A stretch of 43,959 nt of DNA, taken from the NCBI GenBank assembly GCA_040386535.1, contig JAZKFH010000007.1, positions 1 through 43,959 of the forward strand, in the 5' to 3' direction. This DNA is from Myxococcota bacterium. Lineage in GTDB: Bacteria > Myxococcota_A > UBA796 > SXON01. Shown piece by piece: positions 27,141 through 35,364 of this stretch; the stretch's first letter is position 1; the number at the start of each line of letters is the position of its first letter. The notes beneath the pieces were generated by a model. The model saw only the letters and a program-made list of their open reading frames with translations, had not been told where the DNA came from and did no database searches. The position numbers and the translations under genes are program-made.

Positions 27141-27920
27141 TCAGGAACCCGTCCGGCGATCCGCGGCCTGGAGGGGCAAGGCCTTCTGGTCCTCGGGCAA
27201 GGCCGCGTCGAACGCCGCGTAGACCATCGCGATCTTCTCGTCGAGGTTCTCGAGCGTCCAGTCGTCGGTGGGGATCGCGGGCAGGGCGCGCATTCCGAGC
27301 GTGGTCGGGCGGATCAGGAGCGAGTTCTTCTGCATCGCCCGGTGCGCGCCGCTCACGACCACCGGCACGATCGGCAGGCGCGTGGCGATGGCCATGTGCC
27401 CGAAGCCCTTCTTGAACGGGCGCAGGCGGCCGTCCTTCGCGCGGGTGCCCTCGGGCCAGATCCAGGTCCCGATGTTGTACTTCTTGAGGATGTCGCCGGT
27501 CTTCTTGAGCGACTCGATGGCGGAGGCGGTGTTGCTGCGATCGAGCAGGATGTGCCCGGAGATCGCGTACAGTTGGCCAAAGAAGGGGTAGTACACCACC
27601 TGCTTCTTCGCGACGCCCACCGTGCCGATCGGCGCGAGCCAGATGCCGATGAAGATGTCGAGCATCGACGTGTGGTTCGAGATGTAGATGGCCGGATGGG
27701 TGGTGCGCACCTGCTCGGTGATGCCATCCGGCACGGTCGCACCGGCCAGCCACAGGCACACGCGCCCGGTGATGTGCCCGAACACGTTGCAGGTCTTGAT
27801 GCGCAGGCTGCGGCTCGGCAGGAAAAGCAGCACGAGGGCCGCGAACACGGCCACCGAGACGGCCATGAACGCGGCCCCCACGGTGAGGCGCAAAATACTG
27901 GAGAGGCGGGAGAGCGGCAT
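27141..27920 (-). CDS. plsC: 1-acyl-sn-glycerol-3-phosphate acyltransferase
   Basis: NHTSMLD (HxxxxD), VAKK, LDRSN, WPEGTR, PFKKG. Start probably ATG 27920. Confidence 0.9.
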   Translation of the reverse strand: MPLSRLSSILRLTVGAAFMAVSVAVFAALVLLFLPSRSLRIKTCNVFGHITGRVCLWLAGATVPDGITEQVRTTHPAIYISNHTSMLDIFIGIWLAPIGTVGVAKKQVVYYPFFGQLYAISGHILLDRSNTASAIESLKKTGDILKKYNIGTWIWPEGTRAKDGRLRPFKKGFGHMAIATRLPIVPVVVSGAHRAMQKNSLLIRPTTLGMRALPAIPTDDWTLENLDEKIAMVYAAFDAALPEDQKALPLQAADRRTGS

Positions 27921-28015
27921 CGTAGGCTGACCGTAGGTCTTGCAACCGTAGTCTTCCGCTGTCACGGCGAGGTCACCGCGGACGCGACGACCTCACCAGA
28001 TCGGGCAAGAGCCGC

Positions 28016-30985
28016 CTACTTCTTCTTCTTCGCCTCTTCCTTCTTCTTCTTCTCGTCGGCCTTGAGCACGTCTTTGAGGCCGTGCTTGGTGGCGTAGTCG
28101 AGCTTCGCCTGCTTCCAGTCGAAGACCTCGTACTTCAGGCCGGCCTTGTCGAAGAGCGGCTTGATGTTGTCGACCGGGCCGACAACCGAGACGATCTCGT
28201 GGCCGACGCAGCGTTCCATCAGGGGCTTGATCTGGTCGATCGTGACGTTCGCGAGCTGCTTCGGGTAGGTCTTGAAGAAGTCCGTGCCCCAGCCCATGTC
28301 GAACGTGCCGGCGATGCGGCCCATCATCTGCGCGGTCGACTGGTGCCCGGCCACGTAGCCCTGGGCGCGGTTGTACTTCACGACCGCGAGGGTCTTGGGC
28401 GAGATGTTGCCCGCCTTGGCCTTCTCACCGAGCTCGAGGAACACCTTGGTCGCGAGGGGCGCCGCGTCGTTCTGCACGAGGCTCGCCATGTTCAGGAACG
28501 CGACCCCACCACGCAGGTAGGAGGCCCCGGCGTAGGCGCCGTAGGAGGAGCCGGTCTGCTCGCGGAGGGCGAGCCAGGTGTCCTCCGAGAGGGCGTCCCC
28601 GAGGATCTGGGCGGCGGCGACGTTCTTGTCGTCCACCACGCCGAGCTGGCAGGTGTAGGACACGTTGGTCTGGGTCGAGTTGTCCTTGTTGAACAACAGG
28701 ATCTGGCGGGCCGGCGGCTCGGTGGCGGCCGGGTAGGACGTGCGGAGGGTCTTGCCGTCGGTCGGGGGCTTGCCCCAGCCTTCCCAGGCGCCGAAGTAGG
28801 TCTCGGCGGCGCGGGTCGCCTCTTCCTGCGTCGCGTTGCCGACGATGAAGAGCGTGGCGTTCTGCGGGCGGAGGATGTGGGTGTACATCTCCTGGGAGAC
28901 CGACGTGGTCCACGTGTTCATCGCGTCGTAGTCGCCGTGGTTGAACCACCGCGAGTACGGGTGGTTCGGGAGCACCCGCTCCTGCGCCGTGCGGGTGGCC
29001 CACTCCTCGGGGTCCTTCATCCAGGAGAGGATGGCGCCCTTGCGGTCCTTGACCCAGTCCATCCGGCCGTCGGTGTAGGGCTTCAGGTTGTCCAGGCGGT
29101 CGCGGATCACGAAGAGCGCGTCTTCGAGGTTGCCGGCGGAGGCCGCGATCTCGAAATCGGTGGTGAGGGCCTCGACCGAGAAGCTGTCGAAGCCGACGAT
29201 CCGGAGCGCGTCGACCACGCTCTCGTTCCGCCACATGCTCGAGGCGAAGCTCGCCGCGCCGTCATCCGTGCTGTCCTGGCCGCCGCCGAAGGAGAGGCGG
29301 ACCTGCACGAGGGGCGCGTTGGAGTGCGCCATGGAGACGAGCTTCACGCCGCTCTTGAGCGTGGTCTCCTTGAGCTTCGTCACGTCCGGGGGGATGACCG
29401 CGCTCTCGATGAAGGCGGGGGTCAGCTGCGCCTCCGTCATCATCGAGTCGAGCACGTCCTCACGACGGGCGCCGCGGTACTGCGCGTCCGCCGTGTCCAT
29501 CGCGAGGTCGCCTTCCTCGTAGGGGAGCATCAGCACCGCGGCCGCACGGTTGCGGTTGAGGTACTTCTCGGCGAGCTTGCGGGACTGGTCGGCGGAGATC
29601 TTGTTGATCCACTCGAACTGGCGCGAATAGTAGAGGGGGTCCCCCGTGTAGTGCACGAAGTTCGCCGTGTCGGCGGCGCGGCCGCTGCCGATGGAGGACA
29701 CGTTGTCGACGCCCTGGAAGACGGCGGCGAGCTGCTGGGTCTTCGAGTACGAGAACAGGTACTCCTGGAAGGCGCGGTAGTACTCGTCCGCGCTCCACAC
29801 CCGGTACAGGCCGTCGAGCGCCTTCTCGGCGAGGCGCGCCGCGTCCTTCTCGTCGCCGATCTCGACGAAGCACCAGGCCATCGACGCTTCCTTCGCCGGC
29901 TGGACGAAGCAGCCGAGGTCCACGACGGCCGAGTGGTCCTGCTTGTAGTCCCAGCTCGGGTGCATCTCCTGGCGGATGGCGATCTGCAGCTGGATGGCGG
30001 CCATCTGCATCATCGGCTCGTAGTCGCGGTAGGCGCCGGGCAGCGTCCATCCGAGGACGAGCGTGGGCTTCTCGACCGCGCCGTGCTCGGTGGTGAGGCC
30101 CGCGATGTCGCCCTTGACCAGCAGCGGTGCGGGGGGCGGCGGCGGCTCGGCCGAGACCTTGGAGACGCGCACCTTCGGCTCGACGAGCTTGATCTCGTCG
30201 GTCGGGTGGGCGGGATCGGTCAGCTGGTCGAGCGCGAACTCGTCGAGGAACTTGCTGGTGTCTTCCAGCTTGAAGTCACCGACCACGACGATCGTGGTGT
30301 TCGCCGGGGTGTAGTTCTCCTGGAAGAACTTCTTGATGTCGGGGAGCGTGATCGCGTTGAGCGAGTCGTTGTTGCCGATGCCGGCGTAGGCCGCGCGGCC
30401 ATACACGTGGTTGGCCGGGAACAACTTGACCATCATGTACCCGAACGCCGCGCCGGCCGCGTTCTCGTAGCGCATGCGGAGCTCGTTGCGGACGACCTCG
30501 CGCTCGGTCAGGAGCACCTCGTTCTCGATGCCCTCCCACGCGCTCTTCATGCGGAGCGACTCGAGGCGGAGCAACGGGATGATCTTGTCGACCGGCGCGA
30601 CCGTCATGTAGTTGGTCCAGTCGTCGGCCGTGGAGGCGTTGAGGTTGCCTCCCATCTCGCGCAACAGGTCCCACACCTTGGGGAGCTGCTTGCCTTCGGC
30701 GTCCTTCTGCTTCGAGCGGAACCACATGTGCTCCGCGACGTGCGCGATGCCCTCGAGCCCCTCGGGGTCGGACGTGCTCCCGCGGTCGATGACCGAGGTG
30801 ATCGACACGATGGGCTGGCTGTGATCTTCCTGGAAGATGATGCGGAGGCCGGAAGGGAAGTTGAAGTCCCGCATCTTCACGTCGTACTGCTTGTACTTGA
30901 CCTCCATCTTCGCGCGCGGCGGGCTGTCGGCCGAGGCCACGAAAGGAAGGACGGCGAGCATCAGCAGAAGGGGAATGCGGCGCAT
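28016..30985 (-). CDS. Secreted M16 (insulinase/pitrilysin) family zinc peptidase
   Basis: Signal peptide; GIAHVAEHMWF (HxxEH), NAST..DWTNY, EREVVRNELRMR; second M16 half; Lys-rich tail; GGAG before ATG 30985. Confidence 0.93.
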   Translation of the reverse strand: MRRIPLLLMLAVLPFVASADSPPRAKMEVKYKQYDVKMRDFNFPSGLRIIFQEDHSQPIVSITSVIDRGSTSDPEGLEGIAHVAEHMWFRSKQKDAEGKQLPKVWDLLREMGGNLNASTADDWTNYMTVAPVDKIIPLLRLESLRMKSAWEGIENEVLLTEREVVRNELRMRYENAAGAAFGYMMVKLFPANHVYGRAAYAGIGNNDSLNAITLPDIKKFFQENYTPANTTIVVVGDFKLEDTSKFLDEFALDQLTDPAHPTDEIKLVEPKVRVSKVSAEPPPPPAPLLVKGDIAGLTTEHGAVEKPTLVLGWTLPGAYRDYEPMMQMAAIQLQIAIRQEMHPSWDYKQDHSAVVDLGCFVQPAKEASMAWCFVEIGDEKDAARLAEKALDGLYRVWSADEYYRAFQEYLFSYSKTQQLAAVFQGVDNVSSIGSGRAADTANFVHYTGDPLYYSRQFEWINKISADQSRKLAEKYLNRNRAAAVLMLPYEEGDLAMDTADAQYRGARREDVLDSMMTEAQLTPAFIESAVIPPDVTKLKETTLKSGVKLVSMAHSNAPLVQVRLSFGGGQDSTDDGAASFASSMWRNESVVDALRIVGFDSFSVEALTTDFEIAASAGNLEDALFVIRDRLDNLKPYTDGRMDWVKDRKGAILSWMKDPEEWATRTAQERVLPNHPYSRWFNHGDYDAMNTWTTSVSQEMYTHILRPQNATLFIVGNATQEEATRAAETYFGAWEGWGKPPTDGKTLRTSYPAATEPPARQILLFNKDNSTQTNVSYTCQLGVVDDKNVAAAQILGDALSEDTWLALREQTGSSYGAYAGASYLRGGVAFLNMASLVQNDAAPLATKVFLELGEKAKAGNISPKTLAVVKYNRAQGYVAGHQSTAQMMGRIAGTFDMGWGTDFFKTYPKQLANVTIDQIKPLMERCVGHEIVSVVGPVDNIKPLFDKAGLKYEVFDWKQAKLDYATKHGLKDVLKADEKKKKEEAKKKK

Positions 30986-31121
30986 GGGACTCCGAGGCCG
31001 TGGGCATACCCGAGCGACGGGCACACGAGGGCGCCCCAGTGTAGCTCAATCACCGGGACCGGTCGATTGACGTTCGGCGCGCACGTTTGCTTCCTTTGCG
31101 GCCTCATGGCACATTGGGCGG

Positions 31122-31301
31122 ATGCGGAAGACCCTGCTCCTGGGACTCGCCCTCGTCGCCGTCGCCGGCTCGAGCGCCTTCGCGTACTGGTCCCTCCTGG
31201 CCGAGCCGGAGCCCGTCGTGGTCCCCGTCGAGCAGAAGTACGAGGACATCCAGCGCGGCGAGTACGAGAAGTGGATGCAGGATCTCGGCTACACCGAGTG
31301 A
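31122..31301 (+). CDS. 59-aa single-pass/exported small protein (absent from ORF track)
   Basis: MRKTLLLGLALVAVAGSSAFAYWSLLAEPEPVVVPVEQKYEDIQRGEYEKWMQDLGYTE; strong GC3 bias; ends 1 nt before the next start. Confidence 0.8.
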   Translation: MRKTLLLGLALVAVAGSSAFAYWSLLAEPEPVVVPVEQKYEDIQRGEYEKWMQDLGYTE

Positions 31302-31302
31302 C

Positions 31303-32241
31303 GTGCCGTCCCTTCCCTTCAATCTCCTCTTCCTAGCCTGCCTCGCCGCGCTCCTCGGGGCGCGGTTCGGGCTCGAGCCGTTCGCCCAGGGCGCGGCGGC
31401 CGCCGTCGCGGCGTCGAGCGCGCCCGACGCGGTCATGGCGCTCCCCCCGAAGCCCGACGGCGCCGAGCGCCCCCCCTCGGAGGACGGCACGGGCGCCGGC
31501 GCCGCGCTCCTCACGCTCGAAGCCTGCCAGGCCATGATCGAGGACGTGCGGGACGTGTGCCTGCAGGCGCTCGCCCGACAGTCCGCCGCGCGTGACCCCG
31601 CCGGGGCGCTCCAGGTGTGCGAACGTATCGGGGACAGCGAGCTGCGCCTGGAGTGTGAGGCCGACGTCGCCGAGTCGGTGTCCCCCATCGACCGCGACGC
31701 CGCCGATCGGATCTGCGCCGCCATCCCCGTCGTGAAGTGGCGCGGCCAGTGCTACTTCGGCATGGGCCTCGCCCTCGCCGAGATCGATCCCGAGTACGCC
31801 CTGGCCCGCTGCGAGAAGGCGGAGGCCTTCCGGGACTTCTGCCGGCACGACGTCGTGGGCGAGGTCGCGCTCGAGGGCCTCGAGCCGGCGGTGGCGTTCT
31901 GTGCGAAGGAGGAGGGTGATCCCCTCACCCGCAAGACCTGCTGGCACGGGATCGGCAAGTACGTCGCCCGGCGCGACTTCGCCGAGGCCGCCTCCGCGTG
32001 CGATCGCTCCACCGAGGCGTGGCGCAGCAACTGCTTCCACGGGGTCGGCTGGGGCGCCGCCGAACGTGATCCCGACGCGACGCTCGCCGCCTGCTCCAAG
32101 CTGCCCGCCCACGCGGACAGCTGCCGACAAGGCGTGGCCCACCAGCTCAAGCGCTTCGATCCCGCCCGCGGAATCGCCCTCTGCGAGAGCATCGGGACCG
32201 CCTCCATCCGTGACCGCTGCCTCACGTTCCTCAAGAGATGA
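31303..32241 (+). CDS. Membrane-anchored protein with eight Cys-pair helical repeats
   Basis: GTG 31303; hydrophobic N-terminus, Ala/Pro linker, eight C-x(9-12)-C units at roughly 30-aa spacing. Confidence 0.8.
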   Translation: MPSLPFNLLFLACLAALLGARFGLEPFAQGAAAAVAASSAPDAVMALPPKPDGAERPPSEDGTGAGAALLTLEACQAMIEDVRDVCLQALARQSAARDPAGALQVCERIGDSELRLECEADVAESVSPIDRDAADRICAAIPVVKWRGQCYFGMGLALAEIDPEYALARCEKAEAFRDFCRHDVVGEVALEGLEPAVAFCAKEEGDPLTRKTCWHGIGKYVARRDFAEAASACDRSTEAWRSNCFHGVGWGAAERDPDATLAACSKLPAHADSCRQGVAHQLKRFDPARGIALCESIGTASIRDRCLTFLKR

Positions 32242-32245
32242 TCCC

Positions 32246-32857
32246 ATGCTGACCTACCTGCTCACCGCCTTCTCCGGCCCCGCCGCGTTCTTCATGTACG
32301 CGCTGCTCGTCGTGATGGCGTTCGCGATCGCGGTCGTGATCGAACGCAGTGTGACGCTCCTCCGCTACCGCTGCGATCCCGAGCCGGTCATCGCGATGGT
32401 CGACGCCGCGGTGCGCGGCGGAAAGACCGCCACGGTCGTCCTCGGGAACACGCCGATGGAGGCGGTGGTGCGCGCCGGCCTCGCCTACCACGACCCCGAC
32501 CTCGCCTGGGAGGCCATGGCCGCCGCCTCGGTCGACGCCGAGCTCAAGGTCCGCCGTCGCATCGCCTACCTCTCCACGGTGGCCTCCATCGCCACGATGG
32601 TGGGCCTCTTCGGCACCGTCTACGGGCTCATCCTCGCGTTCGGCGCCCTCGGGGACGTCGCCGCCGCCGAGCGCGCCGCCCAGCTCTCCGAAGGCAGCTC
32701 CACCGCGATGGCGACCACCGCGTTCGGCCTGCTCGTCGCCATCCCGGCCCTCGCGGCGCACGCGCTCGCCGAGGCCAACGCCCGCGAGCTGCTCGGCAAC
32801 ATCGAGCGTGTCGCCACCCGCCTCATCCTCTCGCTGAAGGCGGCGCGCCAATCGTGA
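32246..32857 (+). CDS. MotA/TolQ/ExbB proton channel family protein (AglR-like)
   Basis: VVIER, IATMVGLFGTVYGLILAF, AMATTAFGLLVAIP. Confidence 0.93.
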   Translation: MLTYLLTAFSGPAAFFMYALLVVMAFAIAVVIERSVTLLRYRCDPEPVIAMVDAAVRGGKTATVVLGNTPMEAVVRAGLAYHDPDLAWEAMAAASVDAELKVRRRIAYLSTVASIATMVGLFGTVYGLILAFGALGDVAAAERAAQLSEGSSTAMATTAFGLLVAIPALAAHALAEANARELLGNIERVATRLILSLKAARQS

Positions 32858-33381
32858 GGCGGCGGCTCTTCAACGGAGGCCCCACGCCGGAGGCGGACGT
32901 GCGCCCCACCCTGCTCGGGGTGGTGACGCTCATGTTCCTGCTCCTGTTCTTCCTGCTCACGACCTCGTCGGGCGTGCGCCTCGGCGTGCTCGACCTGCGC
33001 CTGGGCTCGCCGTCGGACCTCGCGCCGCTTCCCCACGCCGGCCTCGTGAAGGACGTGGCGATCACGCTGCGCGAGCAGGGCCTGACCCTCACCTACACGG
33101 TCCAGTCCACCGACATCTCGTCATCGTCCACGTCGGTCGAGAAGCGCACCCGCGAGCTGCCGGCGCGGGTGCTCCCCGGGGTGGGCGCGCGCCCGGACCT
33201 CGCGGGGCTGCTCGCCGCGCTGCAGGAGGTGCACGACATCGACCCGTCGCAGGAGCGCGCCCGTTTCGAGCCCGACGACACGGCCACCGCCGAGACCGTC
33301 ATCGCCGTGATGGACGTGATCCACGGCCCGACCGACACGCCCCTGTTCCCCAAGATCGCGCTCTCCGGGAGCACCGGATGA
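32854..33381 (+). CDS. ExbD/TolR family protein 1 (AglQ position), transmembrane Asp absent
   Basis: Single N-terminal TM, C-terminal EPDD...ETVIAVMD...PLFPKIAL; GTGA coupling to exbB. Confidence 0.8.
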   Translation: MRRRLFNGGPTPEADVRPTLLGVVTLMFLLLFFLLTTSSGVRLGVLDLRLGSPSDLAPLPHAGLVKDVAITLREQGLTLTYTVQSTDISSSSTSVEKRTRELPARVLPGVGARPDLAGLLAALQEVHDIDPSQERARFEPDDTATAETVIAVMDVIHGPTDTPLFPKIALSGSTG

Positions 33382-33833
33382 GGCGCCGCCTCTTCAAGCC
33401 GCCCACCACCGCGCTGTCGGACGGCCTCGACGTGGGCGCCCTCGCGCCGCTCGTCGACATGATGACGCTGCTGCTGGTGTTCCTGCTGCGCTCCTACTCC
33501 ACCGAGTCGGCGCCCATGCCGCCCGAACGTGGCTTCGAGCTCGCTGGCACCGTGTCGGAGGCCGCGCGCGAGGGCGGCTCCGTGGTCGTGCTCGTGTCGG
33601 AGGAGGCGATCTACATCGAGGGTCGCCGCGTCATCGCCGTCGGCTACCTCCCGCCCGAGCTGCTCGTCCGCGAGATCTACGACCCCCTGCTCCTGATGCG
33701 GGGCAAGAAGCGCATCGAGGTGCACGCCGACCGCAGCATCCCGTGGGGTGTGCTCAAGCGGGTGCTCCACACCGCGCGCACCGCCGGGTTCGAGGAGCTC
33801 TCGCTCGTCGCGGCCAACACGTCCAGCCTGTAG
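33378..33833 (+). CDS. ExbD/TolR family protein 2 (AglS-like)
   Basis: PLVDMMTLLLVFLLRSYS TM with Asp; HADRSIPWGVLKRVLHTARTAGF; ATGA coupling. Confidence 0.9.
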   Translation: MRRRLFKPPTTALSDGLDVGALAPLVDMMTLLLVFLLRSYSTESAPMPPERGFELAGTVSEAAREGGSVVVLVSEEAIYIEGRRVIAVGYLPPELLVREIYDPLLLMRGKKRIEVHADRSIPWGVLKRVLHTARTAGFEELSLVAANTSSL

Positions 33834-33978
33834 CGGCGCTGCCGCACCCCCTGCGAGCCGCCTGGGACGCGCGCGCCCCAGCCTCCGCCAGCGGCCGCGC
33901 GCGAACCAGCTACGCGGCTGATCGTCACCCGTGCGTGACACGGCACGAAGCTTGCTATCCTGGGAGCCGGAGGCCCCC

Positions 33979-35226
33979 ATGCTGCTCACGTGGCTCATCG
34001 CGTGTTCCGACTACGAGCTCGAGAAGCACGAGCCCGAGCCGCGCATCCCGCAGCCGGACATCCTGGTCGAGCCCTCCCAGCTCGAGTGGGCCACGCTCGG
34101 GCTGAACTGCGCGGAGGACCAGCTGGTCACCGTGACCAACGTGGGCGTCGGCCCGCTCACCCTCGCCGGCACCTACGCCGAGGGGGACGCCGCGTGGTCC
34201 GCGGAGATGCGCACCGACACGCTCCAGCCCGACGAGAGCATCACGTTCTCCGTGCGTTTCTCGCCGACGACCCCCGGCGAGATCATGGGCGACGTGCTCG
34301 TGCACTCGGATGACCCGGACGAGCCCGAGGTCGTCGTGTCCGCGGAAGGGCGGGGCGCCGCCGAGGGCCTCACCTCGGATCGGTTCATCCAGGAGGCCGC
34401 GCCGGTCGACGTGTTGTGGGTCATCGACAACTCGGGCTCCATGGCCCAGGAGCAGGCGCGCGTGGCCGCCGCCATCACGTCCTTCTTCACGTGGTTCACC
34501 ACGCTGAACCTCGACTACCACATGGGCGTCATCACCACCGACGTCGTGAATCCGATCTACTCGGGTCGGCTGGTCGGGACGCCCGCCTACATCGACGGTG
34601 CCACAGCGAACGCCGAGATCGAGCTCGCCGAGGCCATCGCGGTCGGCACCGAGGACATGGGAGACGAGTCCGGGCTCGCCGCGGTCGAGCTCGCGTTGTC
34701 GGAGCCGGTGATGTCCGTCGAGAACGCCGGCTTCATGCGCCCCGGCGCCAACCTCGCCATCATCTTCTTGTCCGACGAGCCCGAGTTCTCGGCGGCCGAC
34801 TCCGCGCACTACATCGCGTTCCTCCAGACGCTGAAGCCCGATCCCACCGACATCCTCGTGTCCGCCATCGTCGGCGACCTGACGACCGGCTGCAGCAACG
34901 TGTGCGACGACTCGCCCCAGGACGCCCAGCCCGGCGACAAGTACCTCGACGTGGTCACCGCCTTCTCGGGCGTGTTCGGCAGCATCTGCACCTGCGACCT
35001 GGCCCCCACGCTCGACCAGATCGGCATGGAGACCACGCGCTACATCCGCAGCTTCACGCTGTCCGACGTGCCGACCGATCCCGAGAACATCGCGGTGTAC
35101 GTCGACGGCGAGCCGAGCACCGACTGGACCTGGGTGCCCCCCACCAACGAGATCGTGTTCACGACGCCGCCGATCAACGGAACCGAGGTGATCGTCCGGT
35201 ACCCCACCGCGTTGGTCTGCGAGTAG
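33979..35226 (+). CDS. Lipoprotein with Ig-like (ASH/choice-of-anchor D-type) and vWA domains, paralog 1
   Basis: GGAGG + MLLTWLIAC; VTNVG..PL, SDDPDEP; MIDAS DVLWVIDNSGSM, MGVITTD, FLSDE. Confidence 0.88.
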   Translation: MLLTWLIACSDYELEKHEPEPRIPQPDILVEPSQLEWATLGLNCAEDQLVTVTNVGVGPLTLAGTYAEGDAAWSAEMRTDTLQPDESITFSVRFSPTTPGEIMGDVLVHSDDPDEPEVVVSAEGRGAAEGLTSDRFIQEAAPVDVLWVIDNSGSMAQEQARVAAAITSFFTWFTTLNLDYHMGVITTDVVNPIYSGRLVGTPAYIDGATANAEIELAEAIAVGTEDMGDESGLAAVELALSEPVMSVENAGFMRPGANLAIIFLSDEPEFSAADSAHYIAFLQTLKPDPTDILVSAIVGDLTTGCSNVCDDSPQDAQPGDKYLDVVTAFSGVFGSICTCDLAPTLDQIGMETTRYIRSFTLSDVPTDPENIAVYVDGEPSTDWTWVPPTNEIVFTTPPINGTEVIVRYPTALVCE

Positions 35227-35364
35227 ACAGCCGCGTAGCCGGGCTCTGCCGAGAGACGTCGAAGTCCGACTCGGGCTCCGGTTCCGGTCAGGCAAGCTCC
35301 AGGGTGCTTATCTCAGTGGCGACCAAGACGACCGCCGGGGGGCGGTTCAACGGGGGGCCACGTC

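Noticed and set aside
28082..31336. 1084-aa plus-strand ORF
   Set aside because: Antisense shadow of the M16 peptidase; high GC3 suppresses stops on the opposite strand.
31303..32241. Multiheme cytochrome c
   Set aside because: No CxxCH motifs; cysteines are spaced 9-12 residues apart.
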